Of a stretch of 64,000 nt of DNA, positions 46,756 to 57,226 are shown piece by piece. The notes beneath the pieces are model-generated. The model saw only the letters and a list, made by a program, of their open reading frames with translations, did no database searches and had not been told where the DNA came from. This DNA comes from an uncultured Heliomicrobium sp. (GTDB lineage Bacteria; Acidobacteriota; Blastocatellia; RBC074). The stretch covers positions 12,954 through 76,953 of the forward strand of contig CAYYDG010000030.1 in assembly GCA_964470555.1 (NCBI GenBank), written 5' to 3'. Every line of letters begins with the position of its first letter. Within the stretch, counting starts at the first letter, position 1. The position numbers and the translations under genes are program-made.

Positions 46756-47685
46756 ATGGTCAGATTTGGCGGTTTGAAAAACGAGATGGAAATTGGCGTT
46801 TCCGAACAAGATGATCTTTCGTCCAACATCTACTCCGCCCCTCAAAGTGGCGGTCCGCGTGGTTATGCTGCGCAGTTCGGCGACGATGAACGTGATCCGT
46901 GGGATTATGATGACTTTCGGGATGACGATGATGATGAGGAGGAGGATTATCTGAAAGACGATGATGATTTAGACGATGACGATCTCGACGACGATGATGA
47001 TGATGATGATGATTCCTTGAGTGTCAAACACGAGATTAAGGTTCAGGTTGAGGAAGTAGAAGAGGAAGATGATGGTAAGAAGGACGGCGAACAAGCTTTG
47101 GTCGAAGAGGAAATTGTAGAGGTTGGTTTCGAACCTGCCCCCTCAAGTTTCGTTCAACCCGAAGTGGTTCCGCTGGTAATTGACGTAACCCCTGAACCTG
47201 CTCCGGTCGTGATTCCAGCGGCGGTCGAAGTCGTTTCCCCGTCTGCCGAAGAGTCGAGTAAACCAGCAAAGAAAACTGCCGCAAAATCGAAAGCGAAGAA
47301 AGCTGCTAAATCAGCAAGGAAGGCTGTTAAAAAAGCGGTCAAGTCTGCAAAGAAGGCTAAGAAGGCTGCGAAAAAGGCAGCGACCAAAACTTCTAAAGCA
47401 GCCAAGCCTGCCAAAAAGGCCAAGGCTGCCAAGAAAGCTGCAAAGAAGGTCGCTAAAAAAGCGGCTAAAAAAGCAGTGAAACCAACCTCAAAGAAAGGAG
47501 GGAAGAAACCCGTGCCAGCAACCAAGAAAGCTGCCAAGAAGGCCCCGGCGAAAAAAGCCGCCAAGAAAGCTCCAGCTAAGAAAGCCGCCAAGAAGGCTCC
47601 GGTGAAAAAGGCTGCGAAGAAAGCTCCAGCCAAGAAAGCCCCGGCGAAAAAAGCCGCCAAGAAAGCTCCAGCCAAGAAGAAGTAA
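46756..47685 (+). CDS. Bipolar histone-H1-like protein: acidic poly-Asp N-terminal half and Lys/Ala/Pro-rich (KKAAKKAPA)n C-terminal half
   Basis: GGGAGGA RBS; DDDDLDDDDLDDDDDDDDD; C-terminal AKKAAKKAPAKKAAKKAP... repeats. Confidence 0.7.
   Translation: MVRFGGLKNEMEIGVSEQDDLSSNIYSAPQSGGPRGYAAQFGDDERDPWDYDDFRDDDDDEEEDYLKDDDDLDDDDLDDDDDDDDDSLSVKHEIKVQVEEVEEEDDGKKDGEQALVEEEIVEVGFEPAPSSFVQPEVVPLVIDVTPEPAPVVIPAAVEVVSPSAEESSKPAKKTAAKSKAKKAAKSARKAVKKAVKSAKKAKKAAKKAATKTSKAAKPAKKAKAAKKAAKKVAKKAAKKAVKPTSKKGGKKPVPATKKAAKKAPAKKAAKKAPAKKAAKKAPVKKAAKKAPAKKAPAKKAAKKAPAKKK
46993..47013. repeat. (GAT)7 microsatellite inside the coding region (poly-Asp)
   Basis: gatgatgatgatgatgatgat. Confidence 0.9.
47521..47685. 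repeat. Tandem ~24-nt coding repeats (AAGAAAGCTCCAGCCAAGAAAGCC-like) encoding KKAPAKKA units
   Basis: Direct reading of the sequence. Confidence 0.8.
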
Positions 47686-47725
47686 GGCTGCCGAAATCGT
47701 CTCAGACGATTGAGCTGATAACAAC

Positions 47726-47777
47726 AAGGCGATGCCATCCAGATTGCTCACGTGACCTGGGTGACATCGCCTTTTTC
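47726..47777. terminator. Bidirectional hairpin terminator between convergent genes
   Basis: AAGGCGATG...CATCGCCTT stem followed by TTTTCG. Confidence 0.55.
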
Positions 47778-47781
47778 GTGA

Positions 47782-48816
47782 TTATTGAAGGGAATGTTTG
47801 CGCTGAAATAATTCGACGGCCAGTTTGATGGCGGCGATCATGCTGGAATGATCGGCTTTGCCTTGCCCGGCAATGTCGAACGCCGTTCCGTGATCCACAG
47901 AAGTGCGTATGAACGGCAATCCCAGGGTGACATTGACAGCTTCGCCGAACGACAGGCATTTGACAGGGATCAAGCCTTGATCGTGATAACAGGAAATTAC
48001 CAGATCGAATTCGCCGCGTGCGGCTCGCAAAAACACAGTGTCGCCGGAATGTGGCCCGCTGACCTCTATGCCGTCGGTTTTGCGGCAGCTTTCAATGGCA
48101 GGAATCATTTCGGCAGCTTCTTCGAAGCCGAAGAGCGTGCCTTCACCGCCGTGCGGATTTAATGCCGCCACTGCGATTCGCGGGCGAACGAAACCATACG
48201 CAATCAGCTCGCGGTGAATCAGACGGATCAAGGTTTCGAGAGCGGATTTTTTGACGTAGCTTGAAACTTCGGTCAGCGGGACGTGAGTGGTCAGCAAGGC
48301 AACGCGCAAAGCCGGAGCAATGAAGGTCATGGCGAATTCGTCGGTGTGAGTAAGCTTCGCCAGAAATTCCGTGTGGCCGGGGAAATGATACCCGGCCAGA
48401 AAGAGCGAACGTTTATTGATCGGCGCGGTGGTGATTGCGTCCAGTTTGCCGATACCGCAAAGCGCAACGGCGGCTTCTATGTATTCTGCCGCCGCTTTGC
48501 CGCATTCGGCCTGCTCGCGTCCCAATTGAATCGAACCGGGAATGTTGGCCAGGTTGTAAATGATTGGCGGACTGAGGTGGTCAGGCCAGGTTTCGCCGAC
48601 GTTGAGAACATCCAAACCACGCGCCAACCCAAAAACGCGCGACCAGTGCGCCAGATATTGAGCGTCTCCGATCAACACCGGTACACAGATGGATTGGATT
48701 TCTTCTTCGGCAATGGCTTTGAGTGAAATTTCCGGGCCGATGCCCGCCGGATCGCCAATGGTGATTCCGATCCGCGGCTTTCGTCCCGGAGCTTCATTGC
48801 CAGTTGCATCAGGCAT
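47782..48816 (-). CDS. pdxA: 4-hydroxythreonine-4-phosphate dehydrogenase
   Basis: IGITIGDPAGIGPEI N-terminus and PdxA-family core. Confidence 0.85.
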   Translation of the reverse strand: MPDATGNEAPGRKPRIGITIGDPAGIGPEISLKAIAEEEIQSICVPVLIGDAQYLAHWSRVFGLARGLDVLNVGETWPDHLSPPIIYNLANIPGSIQLGREQAECGKAAAEYIEAAVALCGIGKLDAITTAPINKRSLFLAGYHFPGHTEFLAKLTHTDEFAMTFIAPALRVALLTTHVPLTEVSSYVKKSALETLIRLIHRELIAYGFVRPRIAVAALNPHGGEGTLFGFEEAAEMIPAIESCRKTDGIEVSGPHSGDTVFLRAARGEFDLVISCYHDQGLIPVKCLSFGEAVNVTLGLPFIRTSVDHGTAFDIAGQGKADHSSMIAAIKLAVELFQRKHSLQ

Positions 48817-48840
48817 AATCAGGCGCGTTGAGCGATGAAT

Positions 48841-49248
<408 letters not shown>

Positions 49249-49765
49249 TTTCTTTCTCCTTACTTGCGAAAAGCGGTAAGTGGCCAGAGAGCGGTCTGAC
49301 TATCCGCTCCTTAAAAGCCGGAGCCCAGTGATGAGCTAAGCTAACAGATTAGATGAAGCAGTTTATCCGCTCAGGTTTGTTGTACGGCACACAAGCACAG
49401 CCGAAGAAGGCGCAGTGTGCCGACGATTGACACTCAACCATAAAGACTAGATTGAGAAAAGGTGACCCTCGTCCCGAAATGCGATTCGGGAAACTGGAAT
49501 TATCCTCACTATGAAGAACAACGGAGGTAATTTGCGGGAATCTGCAACGGCGCCTGCGTTAGCGCCTCAGCGACCATAGCTCAATACTGATGCTCGTTGA
49601 TGGCCGGGATGCTAACTCAACAAAACAATCGGCGCAAGTCAGCCGCAGAGTTTGAAGCCTGACTCAATACTTTTCCGAACCAGTGACGACCAGGCTTCGT
49701 AATGCAGAGTCGCTTGAGCCTGTTCTGGCAATTACAAACGCATGTTTTCAATTCCTGGAATTCAC

Positions 49766-51121
49766 ATGAAGTTAAAGAAATGGTTGTTTGCGACGCAGAT
49801 TATGATTGCGCTTCTGGCTGGGTTGGCGGTTTGTCTGCCAGCCGAAAGTCGCTCGCAAGCTCCTGTGCGGCCGGTTGTCGTTGGCGTGTCCACGACGGGC
49901 AAACCTGCTGACGAGCGACAACAGACCTTCGATATTGTCTGGCGCACTGTCAAAGACAGACACTTCGATCCGACCTTTGGTGGATTGGATTGGGACAAGG
50001 TGCGGCAGCAATACGAACCGCGTCTTTCTGCAATCAAAACCGACGCTGAGCTATACAGATTGCTGCAACAGATGCTGGGCGAATTGAAGCAATCCCATTT
50101 CAACATCGTTCCGCCGGAATCAGTGATTGCAGACAATGCGGCGGAACCTCCGAGCGGCAGCACAGGCATTGACGTGAGAATCATTGATGGACAAGCGGTG
50201 ATCGTTCGCGTTGAAGCCAATTCGCCAGCGGAGCAAGCGGGAGTACGTACCGGATTCGTCGTCAAACAGGTTGGTGAAACGAAAGTCGAACAATTGATCT
50301 TGCCACCAGGAAAAGGCGATTTGTCGGAAAAGGTTCGCCTGTTGCAGTCAACGCGCCGCGTGTTGCGCGAAATCAACGGCGAGCCGGGCAGTTCCGTCAA
50401 GCTAGTGTTTCTGGACGGAAAGAACCATTCGCAAACCGCGACCATCGCCCGCGTCAAGCTGAGCGGAGAGTTGTCACCGCGTCTGGGAAACTTTCCTCCG
50501 CAATACACAGAGTTTGAATGGAAACGGTTGTCGGGCAACATTGGCTACATTCGTTTCAACATTTTCACGACGCCGATTTCGGAAAAAATTCGAGCGGCGC
50601 TTACCGAACTTCGTGACTCGGCAGGAATCGTGATTGATTTGCGCGGCAACCCTGGGGGTGTGGCGGGAATCGCGACTGGCATTGCCGGGCGGCTATCTGA
50701 TAAAAGCGGCATGCTCGGTACGATGAAAATGCGCACGAACGAATTGAAGTTCGCCATTTTCCCGCAACAGAATGCTTATCTCGGTCCGGTGGCAATTTTG
50801 ATTGACGGTTTGAGCGCTTCGACCAGCGAGGTGTTTTCCGGCGGAATGCAGGAGCTTGGGCGCGCGGTCGTGATCGGTGAATCCAGCGCAGGAGCTTGTC
50901 TGCCATCGGTGTTTCAAAAGCTGCCGACTGGGGCTTTGTTTCAATTCGCCATTGCCGATTTCAAAACGCCGAAAGGTGTGTTGATCGAAGGGCGAGGCGT
51001 GACGCCGGATGTTGAGGTGAAATGGAATCGCGCCAGTCTGTTAAATGGACGCGACGCACAATTGGAAACCGCAATCGAGCAACTGGCTCGATTGCAAAAA
51101 CGCGAACGGGCGACCAAATGA
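49766..51121 (+). CDS. S41 family C-terminal-processing/tail-specific peptidase (secreted)
   Basis: Signal peptide; PDZ-like region; DLRGNPGG and SASTSEVFSGG motifs. Confidence 0.8.
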   Translation: MKLKKWLFATQIMIALLAGLAVCLPAESRSQAPVRPVVVGVSTTGKPADERQQTFDIVWRTVKDRHFDPTFGGLDWDKVRQQYEPRLSAIKTDAELYRLLQQMLGELKQSHFNIVPPESVIADNAAEPPSGSTGIDVRIIDGQAVIVRVEANSPAEQAGVRTGFVVKQVGETKVEQLILPPGKGDLSEKVRLLQSTRRVLREINGEPGSSVKLVFLDGKNHSQTATIARVKLSGELSPRLGNFPPQYTEFEWKRLSGNIGYIRFNIFTTPISEKIRAALTELRDSAGIVIDLRGNPGGVAGIATGIAGRLSDKSGMLGTMKMRTNELKFAIFPQQNAYLGPVAILIDGLSASTSEVFSGGMQELGRAVVIGESSAGACLPSVFQKLPTGALFQFAIADFKTPKGVLIEGRGVTPDVEVKWNRASLLNGRDAQLETAIEQLARLQKRERATK

Positions 51122-51186
51122 CGTTCGCATTACCAAAGCGGTGCAAGCCTTTCAGCTTGTGACCCAAATCGGAAAGGATGAACCTT

Positions 51187-51942
51187 ATGAAGAAAATTGT
51201 CTTGATGTTGGTTTTTGCGTTGATGGCCACTTTGTCGGTTGCAGCGCAGGAGAAGAAGGCTGAAGAATCGAAAGCTGCTGCGGCGTTGCCGTCGGTGGAC
51301 GAAATCCTGGACAAATATGTCAAAGCCAGTGGCGGCAAAGAAGCGATTCAAAAACTCACTTCACGCACGGCCAAGGGCACGTTCGAGATTGAATCCATGG
51401 GCATCAGCGGCGGATTCCAGAGCTTTGCCAAAGCGCCGAACAAAAATGCGATGGTTATCGAAATTCCCGGATTCGGAACCGTCCAGCAAGTGTTTGACGG
51501 AACCAAAGCCTGGGACAGCAATCCGCAAACCGGATTGCGCGAATTGAGCGGGGCAGAATTGGCTGCGCAAAAGCGCGACGCCGATTTCTATCAAGCCATC
51601 AATCTGAAATCCCACTATTCCAAGATGACAGTCAAAGGCAAGGAAAAGGTCGGAACTGCCGAAGCTTATCTGGTCGAAGCCGTGCCGAATGAAGGCAGTG
51701 CGGAAAAACTGTATTTCGACGCTTCTACCGGCTTGTTGATTCGCACCGATACGGAGCGCGAATCGCCCGAAGGCAAGATGGCGATTGAAGCCTATATGTC
51801 AGACTACAAAATGGTGGATGGCGTGAACATCCCGCACACGCTGAAGCAGGTCACGCCGATGTTTTCGATGACCATCAAAATGGAAGAGATCAAACACAAC
51901 GCTACGGTGGAAGACGCCAAGTTCAACAAACCGGCCAACTAA
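51187..51942 (+). CDS. LolA-like outer-membrane lipoprotein-sorting family protein (secreted)
   Basis: Signal peptide; LolA-like fold family motifs; start chosen at the ATG with correct spacing to GGAAAGGA. Confidence 0.5.
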   Translation: MKKIVLMLVFALMATLSVAAQEKKAEESKAAAALPSVDEILDKYVKASGGKEAIQKLTSRTAKGTFEIESMGISGGFQSFAKAPNKNAMVIEIPGFGTVQQVFDGTKAWDSNPQTGLRELSGAELAAQKRDADFYQAINLKSHYSKMTVKGKEKVGTAEAYLVEAVPNEGSAEKLYFDASTGLLIRTDTERESPEGKMAIEAYMSDYKMVDGVNIPHTLKQVTPMFSMTIKMEEIKHNATVEDAKFNKPAN

Positions 51943-51968
51943 AACCGAATCTGAAACGGTGAAAGCGA

Positions 51969-52003
51969 AAGGGACGAGTTCAATCTCGTCCCTTTTGTTG
52001 TTT
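51969..52003. terminator. Bidirectional terminator
   Basis: AAGGGACGAG-ttcaat-CTCGTCCCTT followed by TTGTTGTTT. Confidence 0.7.
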
Positions 52004-52883
52004 AACTGGCTCGTTTGACTTCGTGGTGCAGCAAGTCGGTTGTGGCTTCAGTGACAGGATGCTGAATGGAAGCTGGCGGTAATTCGTTGGTGTTTGGAAC
52101 CTGTGCGCCTTCGACAAAGTTGCGGCGCGGAGTTGGCAACGAATCCTGTTCGATTGGCTGGTTGACCAGTTGGCGGAGTTTGTGCCAGCCGTAAATGAGC
52201 ATCAGCAACCCAGTCCCGCCAAGCAACGACGAAACGACGCCGATGATTCGTACCAGCTTGGCGAATTTGATCGGATCGGCGCTGCCAAACGGCAAGATCA
52301 ACAATAAAGCTCCGGCAATTAACAAAAAGAACAACCCTGTTCCCAGATTCTGCTGGCTGGAATTCGCGCCGGACAGCAGCCTCAACACTTCTGTTTCTGC
52401 CGGAGCCGTGACGTTCAATGGCGAGCCGCATTTACGGCAAAACCGCGTGCTGCCTGCGGTTTCGGCTCCGCAGGTCGAGCAATGAGCCGATGCTGTTTTA
52501 GCCATGGCGATTGCCAGGATCGCTTCGGCTTCGCGTGTCAGCGTATTGTGATCGCCTTTGCTCAAATAGCCGGAGTAAACGCCTTTGATTTCGTAAGCAA
52601 AAGTTACGCGCGACAGGCTGGGGCCAATGGGTTTTATGCCGACATTGAGCGTGGTTTGATAATCCAGAATGTTCGATGAGCAACCGGAAGCTGCACCGTT
52701 TTTGGCGCTACGTTTGGCCTGGACGGGATTTTCATTCAACACTCGGTAACCCATCTGTTCCAGCGCATCGGCCAGCCGCAAACGTATGTGTTCTGCGTCG
52801 CCGGCGACTTGACGAGTCAGGTCGTGTTCGAAGGTGTAGTACCCGCTGCCGTCGCCCATGGTTGCCAAGAATTCCGCGCTCAT
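52002..52883 (-). CDS. Hypothetical protein with zinc-ribbon (CSTCG...CRKCG) and two C-terminal TM helices
   Basis: Start trimmed to MSAEFLATMG (GGAGG RBS). Confidence 0.5.
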   Translation of the reverse strand: MSAEFLATMGDGSGYYTFEHDLTRQVAGDAEHIRLRLADALEQMGYRVLNENPVQAKRSAKNGAASGCSSNILDYQTTLNVGIKPIGPSLSRVTFAYEIKGVYSGYLSKGDHNTLTREAEAILAIAMAKTASAHCSTCGAETAGSTRFCRKCGSPLNVTAPAETEVLRLLSGANSSQQNLGTGLFFLLIAGALLLILPFGSADPIKFAKLVRIIGVVSSLLGGTGLLMLIYGWHKLRQLVNQPIEQDSLPTPRRNFVEGAQVPNTNELPPASIQHPVTEATTDLLHHEVKRAS

Positions 52884-52953
52884 AAATTCCTCCGGGTTGT
52901 GTGAAGGTGTTGTCAGTCGCGGTAACGAAACTGCCACAGCAAAAGTTCACAGC

Positions 52954-53625
52954 CTATTGCTCGTCATTTTTTCGCCAAACGTAAATGTCGCGGGCGATGT
53001 CGTTTTCCAGCGCGATTTGAGTTTCATCGCATTGAATGACGAAGCTCGGAAATTTCTGTTTGACTTTGATCGGGACTCCGGGCGTGATGCCGAATGAAGA
53101 AAGTTTGCGAATGCGCGGAAAATTGGCGGCGCTGACATAAGCGACTTGCGCCTGTTCGCCGACTTCCAGCCGATCAATCGAAGCGACCAGTGAATTGACG
53201 TGATCTTCGGCCTGACGGCAACAATCGCCTTCGGGGATAGGGTGGTTGTGCGGGCAAAATCGCGGATGACCGAGCAGCGTGCAAATGGCATCGGTGACGC
53301 CGCGCGCCAGCAGATGTTCAAATTCGCAGGCGTCGGCTTCGCTTTCTTCCAACGTCATGCCCAGAACGTCAACGACCAATCGTTCGGCCAACCGGTGGCG
53401 GCGAATGATTTCTCCGGCGGTTTGGCGACCCAGCGGCGTCAATCGGATTTCGCCGCTGCCGTTGCGCGTCAGATAGCCTTCGCGTTCGCATTCGGCCAGC
53501 AATTCTTCGGTGACTTCGGTCATCGCGTCGTCGGCAATCGTTTCAACGGCAGCCGAGCCGCGCTCTTCGTTAGTCCAGACCGATTCCAGAACTTCGACAA
53601 TATCCTGTGAGAGCCAGTTGTGCAT
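52954..53625 (-). CDS. DtxR/IdeR-family metal-dependent transcriptional regulator (with C-terminal SH3/FeoA-like domain)
   Basis: HTH plus metal-binding residues and C-terminal FeoA-like segment; 4-nt gap downstream of feoB. Confidence 0.8.
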   Translation of the reverse strand: MHNWLSQDIVEVLESVWTNEERGSAAVETIADDAMTEVTEELLAECEREGYLTRNGSGEIRLTPLGRQTAGEIIRRHRLAERLVVDVLGMTLEESEADACEFEHLLARGVTDAICTLLGHPRFCPHNHPIPEGDCCRQAEDHVNSLVASIDRLEVGEQAQVAYVSAANFPRIRKLSSFGITPGVPIKVKQKFPSFVIQCDETQIALENDIARDIYVWRKNDEQ

Positions 53626-53629
53626 AAAG

Positions 53630-55972
53630 TTAAAAGTTGATTTTCAAAACTCGCAAAACCAGGTTGACGACTCCACCGACGGCGATGGCGAACGGCGTGA
53701 TGAAAGCCAGAATGATGAGCGCCTTTTTCGTTCCTTGTTCGCGGACGATCATAAAGAAATTGGCGACGCAGGGAATAAACAGCGTCAGCACGATCAGCGA
53801 TACAACGATTTGTACCGGAGTCAGCAGATTGTCGCCGACCATGTCATATAAACCTGCCGCGCCGTAATCGCGTCGCAGAAAACCAAGTACCAACACCTGC
53901 GCCGTTTTTTCGGGAAGCTCCAGCACACCAGTCACCAGTGGAGCCAGCGAATTGTTAATCATATCCAGCCCGCTCAAACTCCCCCACGGCGTGGGCACTT
54001 TGACGCGATCCAGGACGAACAAAATCAGCGTGCCGAGCAGGAACAACGGCAGCGCTTCTTTCAGATACCACTTCATGCGATAGCGCGTTTTTGTCCAGAC
54101 GTTTTTCAAGACCGGCACGCGAATCGGCGGAATCTCAAAGATGAAGTCGCCGCGTTTGCCTTTGACGATTTTTGACGACAGATAACCGACCAGAAACATT
54201 TGCGACAGCACCACTCCGAACACCGTCAGCATAGCCCATCCGCTCAAAGAAGCGCTGATGGCCAGAATCACGCCCAGTTGTGCAGAGCAGGGAACTCCCA
54301 ACGCCAACAAGATGGTGGCGATCAATCGCTCTTTTTTCGTTTCCAGAATGCGTGTGGTCATGGTGGCCATGGTGTCGCAGCCCAACCCCAACACCATCGG
54401 CAACACGGCTTTGCCGTTCAAACCCATGACGCGAAACACGCGGTCGGACAGAATCGCCAGTCGTGGCAGGTAGCCGCTGTCTTCCAACAAACCGAACGCG
54501 ATGAAAAACGTCATGACAATCGGCAAGACAATCGCCAGGGCGTAAGTCAAACCTACGGAAATCAGCCCGTATTCTCCGACGAAAAAGTCATAAACGATTC
54601 CCGCCGGAATCAGCTTTTGCAGGTTAGGCGTCAGCAACACGTTGAAGACGTTGTTTTCCAGCGCGTCAACCAAAGTGCCTGCGCCGATGACGCCGACGAA
54701 TTCGTACATCAGCAACAGCACGACGATCATCAGCGGAGCGCCCGTTCGCCAATCGCGCGTCCAATGGCCCAATCGTTCGGCGAAACGTTCCGAACGTCGC
54801 AGCACAAACGCCAGCGGAATCATTACTGGCGCGATCAACACCAGAAACTGCGTAATCGCTGGATACAACAATCCGGTTTCATACGTGCTGCCGTCATCGG
54901 CCAGTTTGCCGAACAGCAACGAACCAAGCCAGCCAAGATGGTTGTTTTGCAAAAACGACAACGCGGCGGGAATGACGCTTCGATCCATCCACGAATGCAC
55001 CCAACCGTAAGGCGTAGGCAAACCAAACAAACGACCAAGCTCAGTGTAGGTGAACAGCAACAAACCTGCCGCTAAACAAATCAGCGCGACTTTCAACCAA
55101 TATCCATTGCCATCGCTGCTTTCGTGAAAAACGCTCGGCAGAGTTTTTTTGTACTGTGCGACCGAACGCTCCAAAAAGACGTTTCGCATTTCTTCGAGGC
55201 GAACCGCGCAGCTTCGGATTTTGGTTCTGGTTGCGGCGTCATTCGGCAATTCGCCGTCGGCAACGCGGCTGAGCCACGATTCGGCTCCGCGACGAAACCC
55301 GGAATCCTGGGTTTGTAACCATTCGACGGTTATTTGCAGCGGCAGATGGTTGTCGGTTTTCGGCTTCAAGCCTTTCAAAAAATCTTCGTTGTTCAGAATT
55401 CTATTGCGCTGGCTTTCAAGCGGATCGTTGGGAACTTTGGCGTGAACGATGGATTTGAAAATCGAATACAGCCCTTCGCCTTCGATGGCGACAGCAGGGA
55501 CGACCGGAATGCCAAAGAGTTCGCTGATGCCTTTGGCGTCTATTTCAATGCCGCGATGCCGCGCTTCGTCCATCATGTTCAACACCAGCACCATGGGGAT
55601 TTTCAACTCAGCCAGTTGAGAAGTAATCATCAACGTCCGCCGAAGATTTTTGGCGTCGGCAACCTGTACAATCACGTCCGGCTCGGCTTCGAGCAGCATG
55701 TCGCGCGTCACTCGTTCGTCATCCGATTGCGGAGCCAAAGAGTTAATGCCCGGCGTATCCACCACTTCCCATTCTTCGCCGCCATATTTCATTTTGCCGC
55801 GCGACACCTCGACCGTCGTGCCTGGGTAGTTCGATACGGTCACGTATTTCCCAGTCAGATAACCGAAGACAACCGATTTGCCTACATTCGGATTGCCAAC
55901 CAGCAGAAGCCTGGGAGTTTTACTTTTCGGCTTGGAAACTTTTTTGGGGTTAATTTGAACAAGAGTGGACAT
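53630..55972 (-). CDS. feoB: Ferrous iron transporter B
   Basis: N-terminal GTPase LLLVGNPNVGKSVVF, multiple TM helices, 780 aa. Confidence 0.9.
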   Translation of the reverse strand: MSTLVQINPKKVSKPKSKTPRLLLVGNPNVGKSVVFGYLTGKYVTVSNYPGTTVEVSRGKMKYGGEEWEVVDTPGINSLAPQSDDERVTRDMLLEAEPDVIVQVADAKNLRRTLMITSQLAELKIPMVLVLNMMDEARHRGIEIDAKGISELFGIPVVPAVAIEGEGLYSIFKSIVHAKVPNDPLESQRNRILNNEDFLKGLKPKTDNHLPLQITVEWLQTQDSGFRRGAESWLSRVADGELPNDAATRTKIRSCAVRLEEMRNVFLERSVAQYKKTLPSVFHESSDGNGYWLKVALICLAAGLLLFTYTELGRLFGLPTPYGWVHSWMDRSVIPAALSFLQNNHLGWLGSLLFGKLADDGSTYETGLLYPAITQFLVLIAPVMIPLAFVLRRSERFAERLGHWTRDWRTGAPLMIVVLLLMYEFVGVIGAGTLVDALENNVFNVLLTPNLQKLIPAGIVYDFFVGEYGLISVGLTYALAIVLPIVMTFFIAFGLLEDSGYLPRLAILSDRVFRVMGLNGKAVLPMVLGLGCDTMATMTTRILETKKERLIATILLALGVPCSAQLGVILAISASLSGWAMLTVFGVVLSQMFLVGYLSSKIVKGKRGDFIFEIPPIRVPVLKNVWTKTRYRMKWYLKEALPLFLLGTLILFVLDRVKVPTPWGSLSGLDMINNSLAPLVTGVLELPEKTAQVLVLGFLRRDYGAAGLYDMVGDNLLTPVQIVVSLIVLTLFIPCVANFFMIVREQGTKKALIILAFITPFAIAVGGVVNLVLRVLKINF

Positions 55973-56087
55973 AGGGCAATCAATTATCTTCTTCTCAATG
56001 AAACATTGTGATGAGTAAGCCGCTATTTTACAGATTGCAGCGATATTGAAAAGGGTTTTCAGAATTCAGGCGGAGATATTTTCAGGA

Positions 56088-56126
56088 AGAAGTGGCTTCC
56101 GAATTGGATTCGGAAGCCACTTTTTA
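56088..56126 (+). terminator. Strong orphan hairpin plus T-tract in the feoB/GNAT divergent region
   Basis: GAAGTGGCTTCCGAA-ttgga-TTCGGAAGCCACTTTTT. Confidence 0.45.
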
Positions 56127-56422
56127 GAGACACAGGACTAGGCACCTAATTGAGTTCAGCATAGGCGCATGGTCTCAATTTCAGGTAATCGCAAATTTAA
56201 GTCTTCGTAAATTGCCAGAGTGTCAAGAGCGTGCAGCCAGCAAATCTTACGCACAGATAACAAGCAGATAACTCAGGCTGAACATACTGTGGGTAAATAT
56301 GTGTTGGACAATTCGGGCAGAACGGCTTCTGGTCTTTTTATAGGGGACAGCAATTCGGAGCGACGGATCAGGGTTTTGACTGAACGGATTGTCCGTCACT
56401 TCACCCGTTAGAAAACAAAACT

Positions 56423-57226
56423 ATGCTGGCAACCATTCAAACTCAACAAATTCAGCCCATCCGCACAGGCAAACTGGAAGTTCGGCTGGCCACGACCTTG
56501 CCGGAACTGGACGCGGCGATGCGGTTGCGATTCGAGGTGTTCAACCTGGAATTGCAGGAAGGTTTGCAATCGTCTTACGAACGCGGCTACGACTCGGACG
56601 CTTTCGATGCGTATTGCGATCATTTGATCGTCAAAGACCTGGAGCTTGGCGAAATAGTCGGAACCTACAGATTGCTGCGTCAGCCCGTCGCCGACCGAAA
56701 CATAGGCTTTTATTCTGAAACCGAATTCGATCTGGAGAATTTGAAAAGCGCCTGTGCCGCCGTCGGCGGAAACTTGTTGGAACTCGGACGCTCGTGCATC
56801 GCCGAAACACATCGGTCGTTTGCGACGATCAATCTTTTGTGGAACGCCATCGTGCGATATGCGGCGGAACATCGGATCACGCATTTGTTCGGTTGCGGCA
56901 GTTTGCATCTGGCCGGCGAAAGACAGGTACAGCAGGTTTACGCCTATTTGAAAGCTCGGCATTTTGCTGCGGAAGAATTTCGCGTCTATCCGCTGGCCGG
57001 TTGCCGAATGGCGATTGAAGAAGAATCTGTGGCTGTTGAAGATACACGTTCAGTCACAAAGCTGATTTCGCCAATCCTGAAAGGTTATTTGCGCACGGGA
57101 GCCGTCGTTTGCGGAGCGCCCGCTTATGACGACGAGTTCGGAACTGCGGATGTGCTGGTGTTGATGGAAATGGCGAAACTCGCAGATCGGTATCGGCAAC
57201 ATTACGCTTCGGAGGTTGGACGATGA
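56423..57226 (+). CDS. GNAT-family N-acyltransferase of the OlsB / N-acyl amino acid synthase / hemolysin-like type
   Basis: LEVRLATTLPELDAAMRLRFEVFNLE... N-terminus typical of OlsB-like acyltransferases. Confidence 0.65.
   Translation: MLATIQTQQIQPIRTGKLEVRLATTLPELDAAMRLRFEVFNLELQEGLQSSYERGYDSDAFDAYCDHLIVKDLELGEIVGTYRLLRQPVADRNIGFYSETEFDLENLKSACAAVGGNLLELGRSCIAETHRSFATINLLWNAIVRYAAEHRITHLFGCGSLHLAGERQVQQVYAYLKARHFAAEEFRVYPLAGCRMAIEEESVAVEDTRSVTKLISPILKGYLRTGAVVCGAPAYDDEFGTADVLVLMEMAKLADRYRQHYASEVGR

Noticed and set aside
46756-47685. Considered the K/A/P-rich and poly-Asp gene as eukaryotic contamination or non-coding microsatellite
   Set aside because: It has a strong RBS and an intact 309-codon frame. 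It is flanked by ordinary bacterial genes, and such KAP-rich tails occur in bacterial H1-like proteins.
52954-53625. Considered the regulator as a DtxR-FeoA gene fusion
   Set aside because: The SH3-like third domain of DtxR/IdeR is itself FeoA-like. This is an ordinary full-length DtxR-family regulator.
55973-56422. Looked for a canonical 19-bp IdeR/DtxR box upstream of feoB
   Set aside because: Only a weak TAGGcaCCTA palindrome was found. It is not convincing without a position weight matrix scan.
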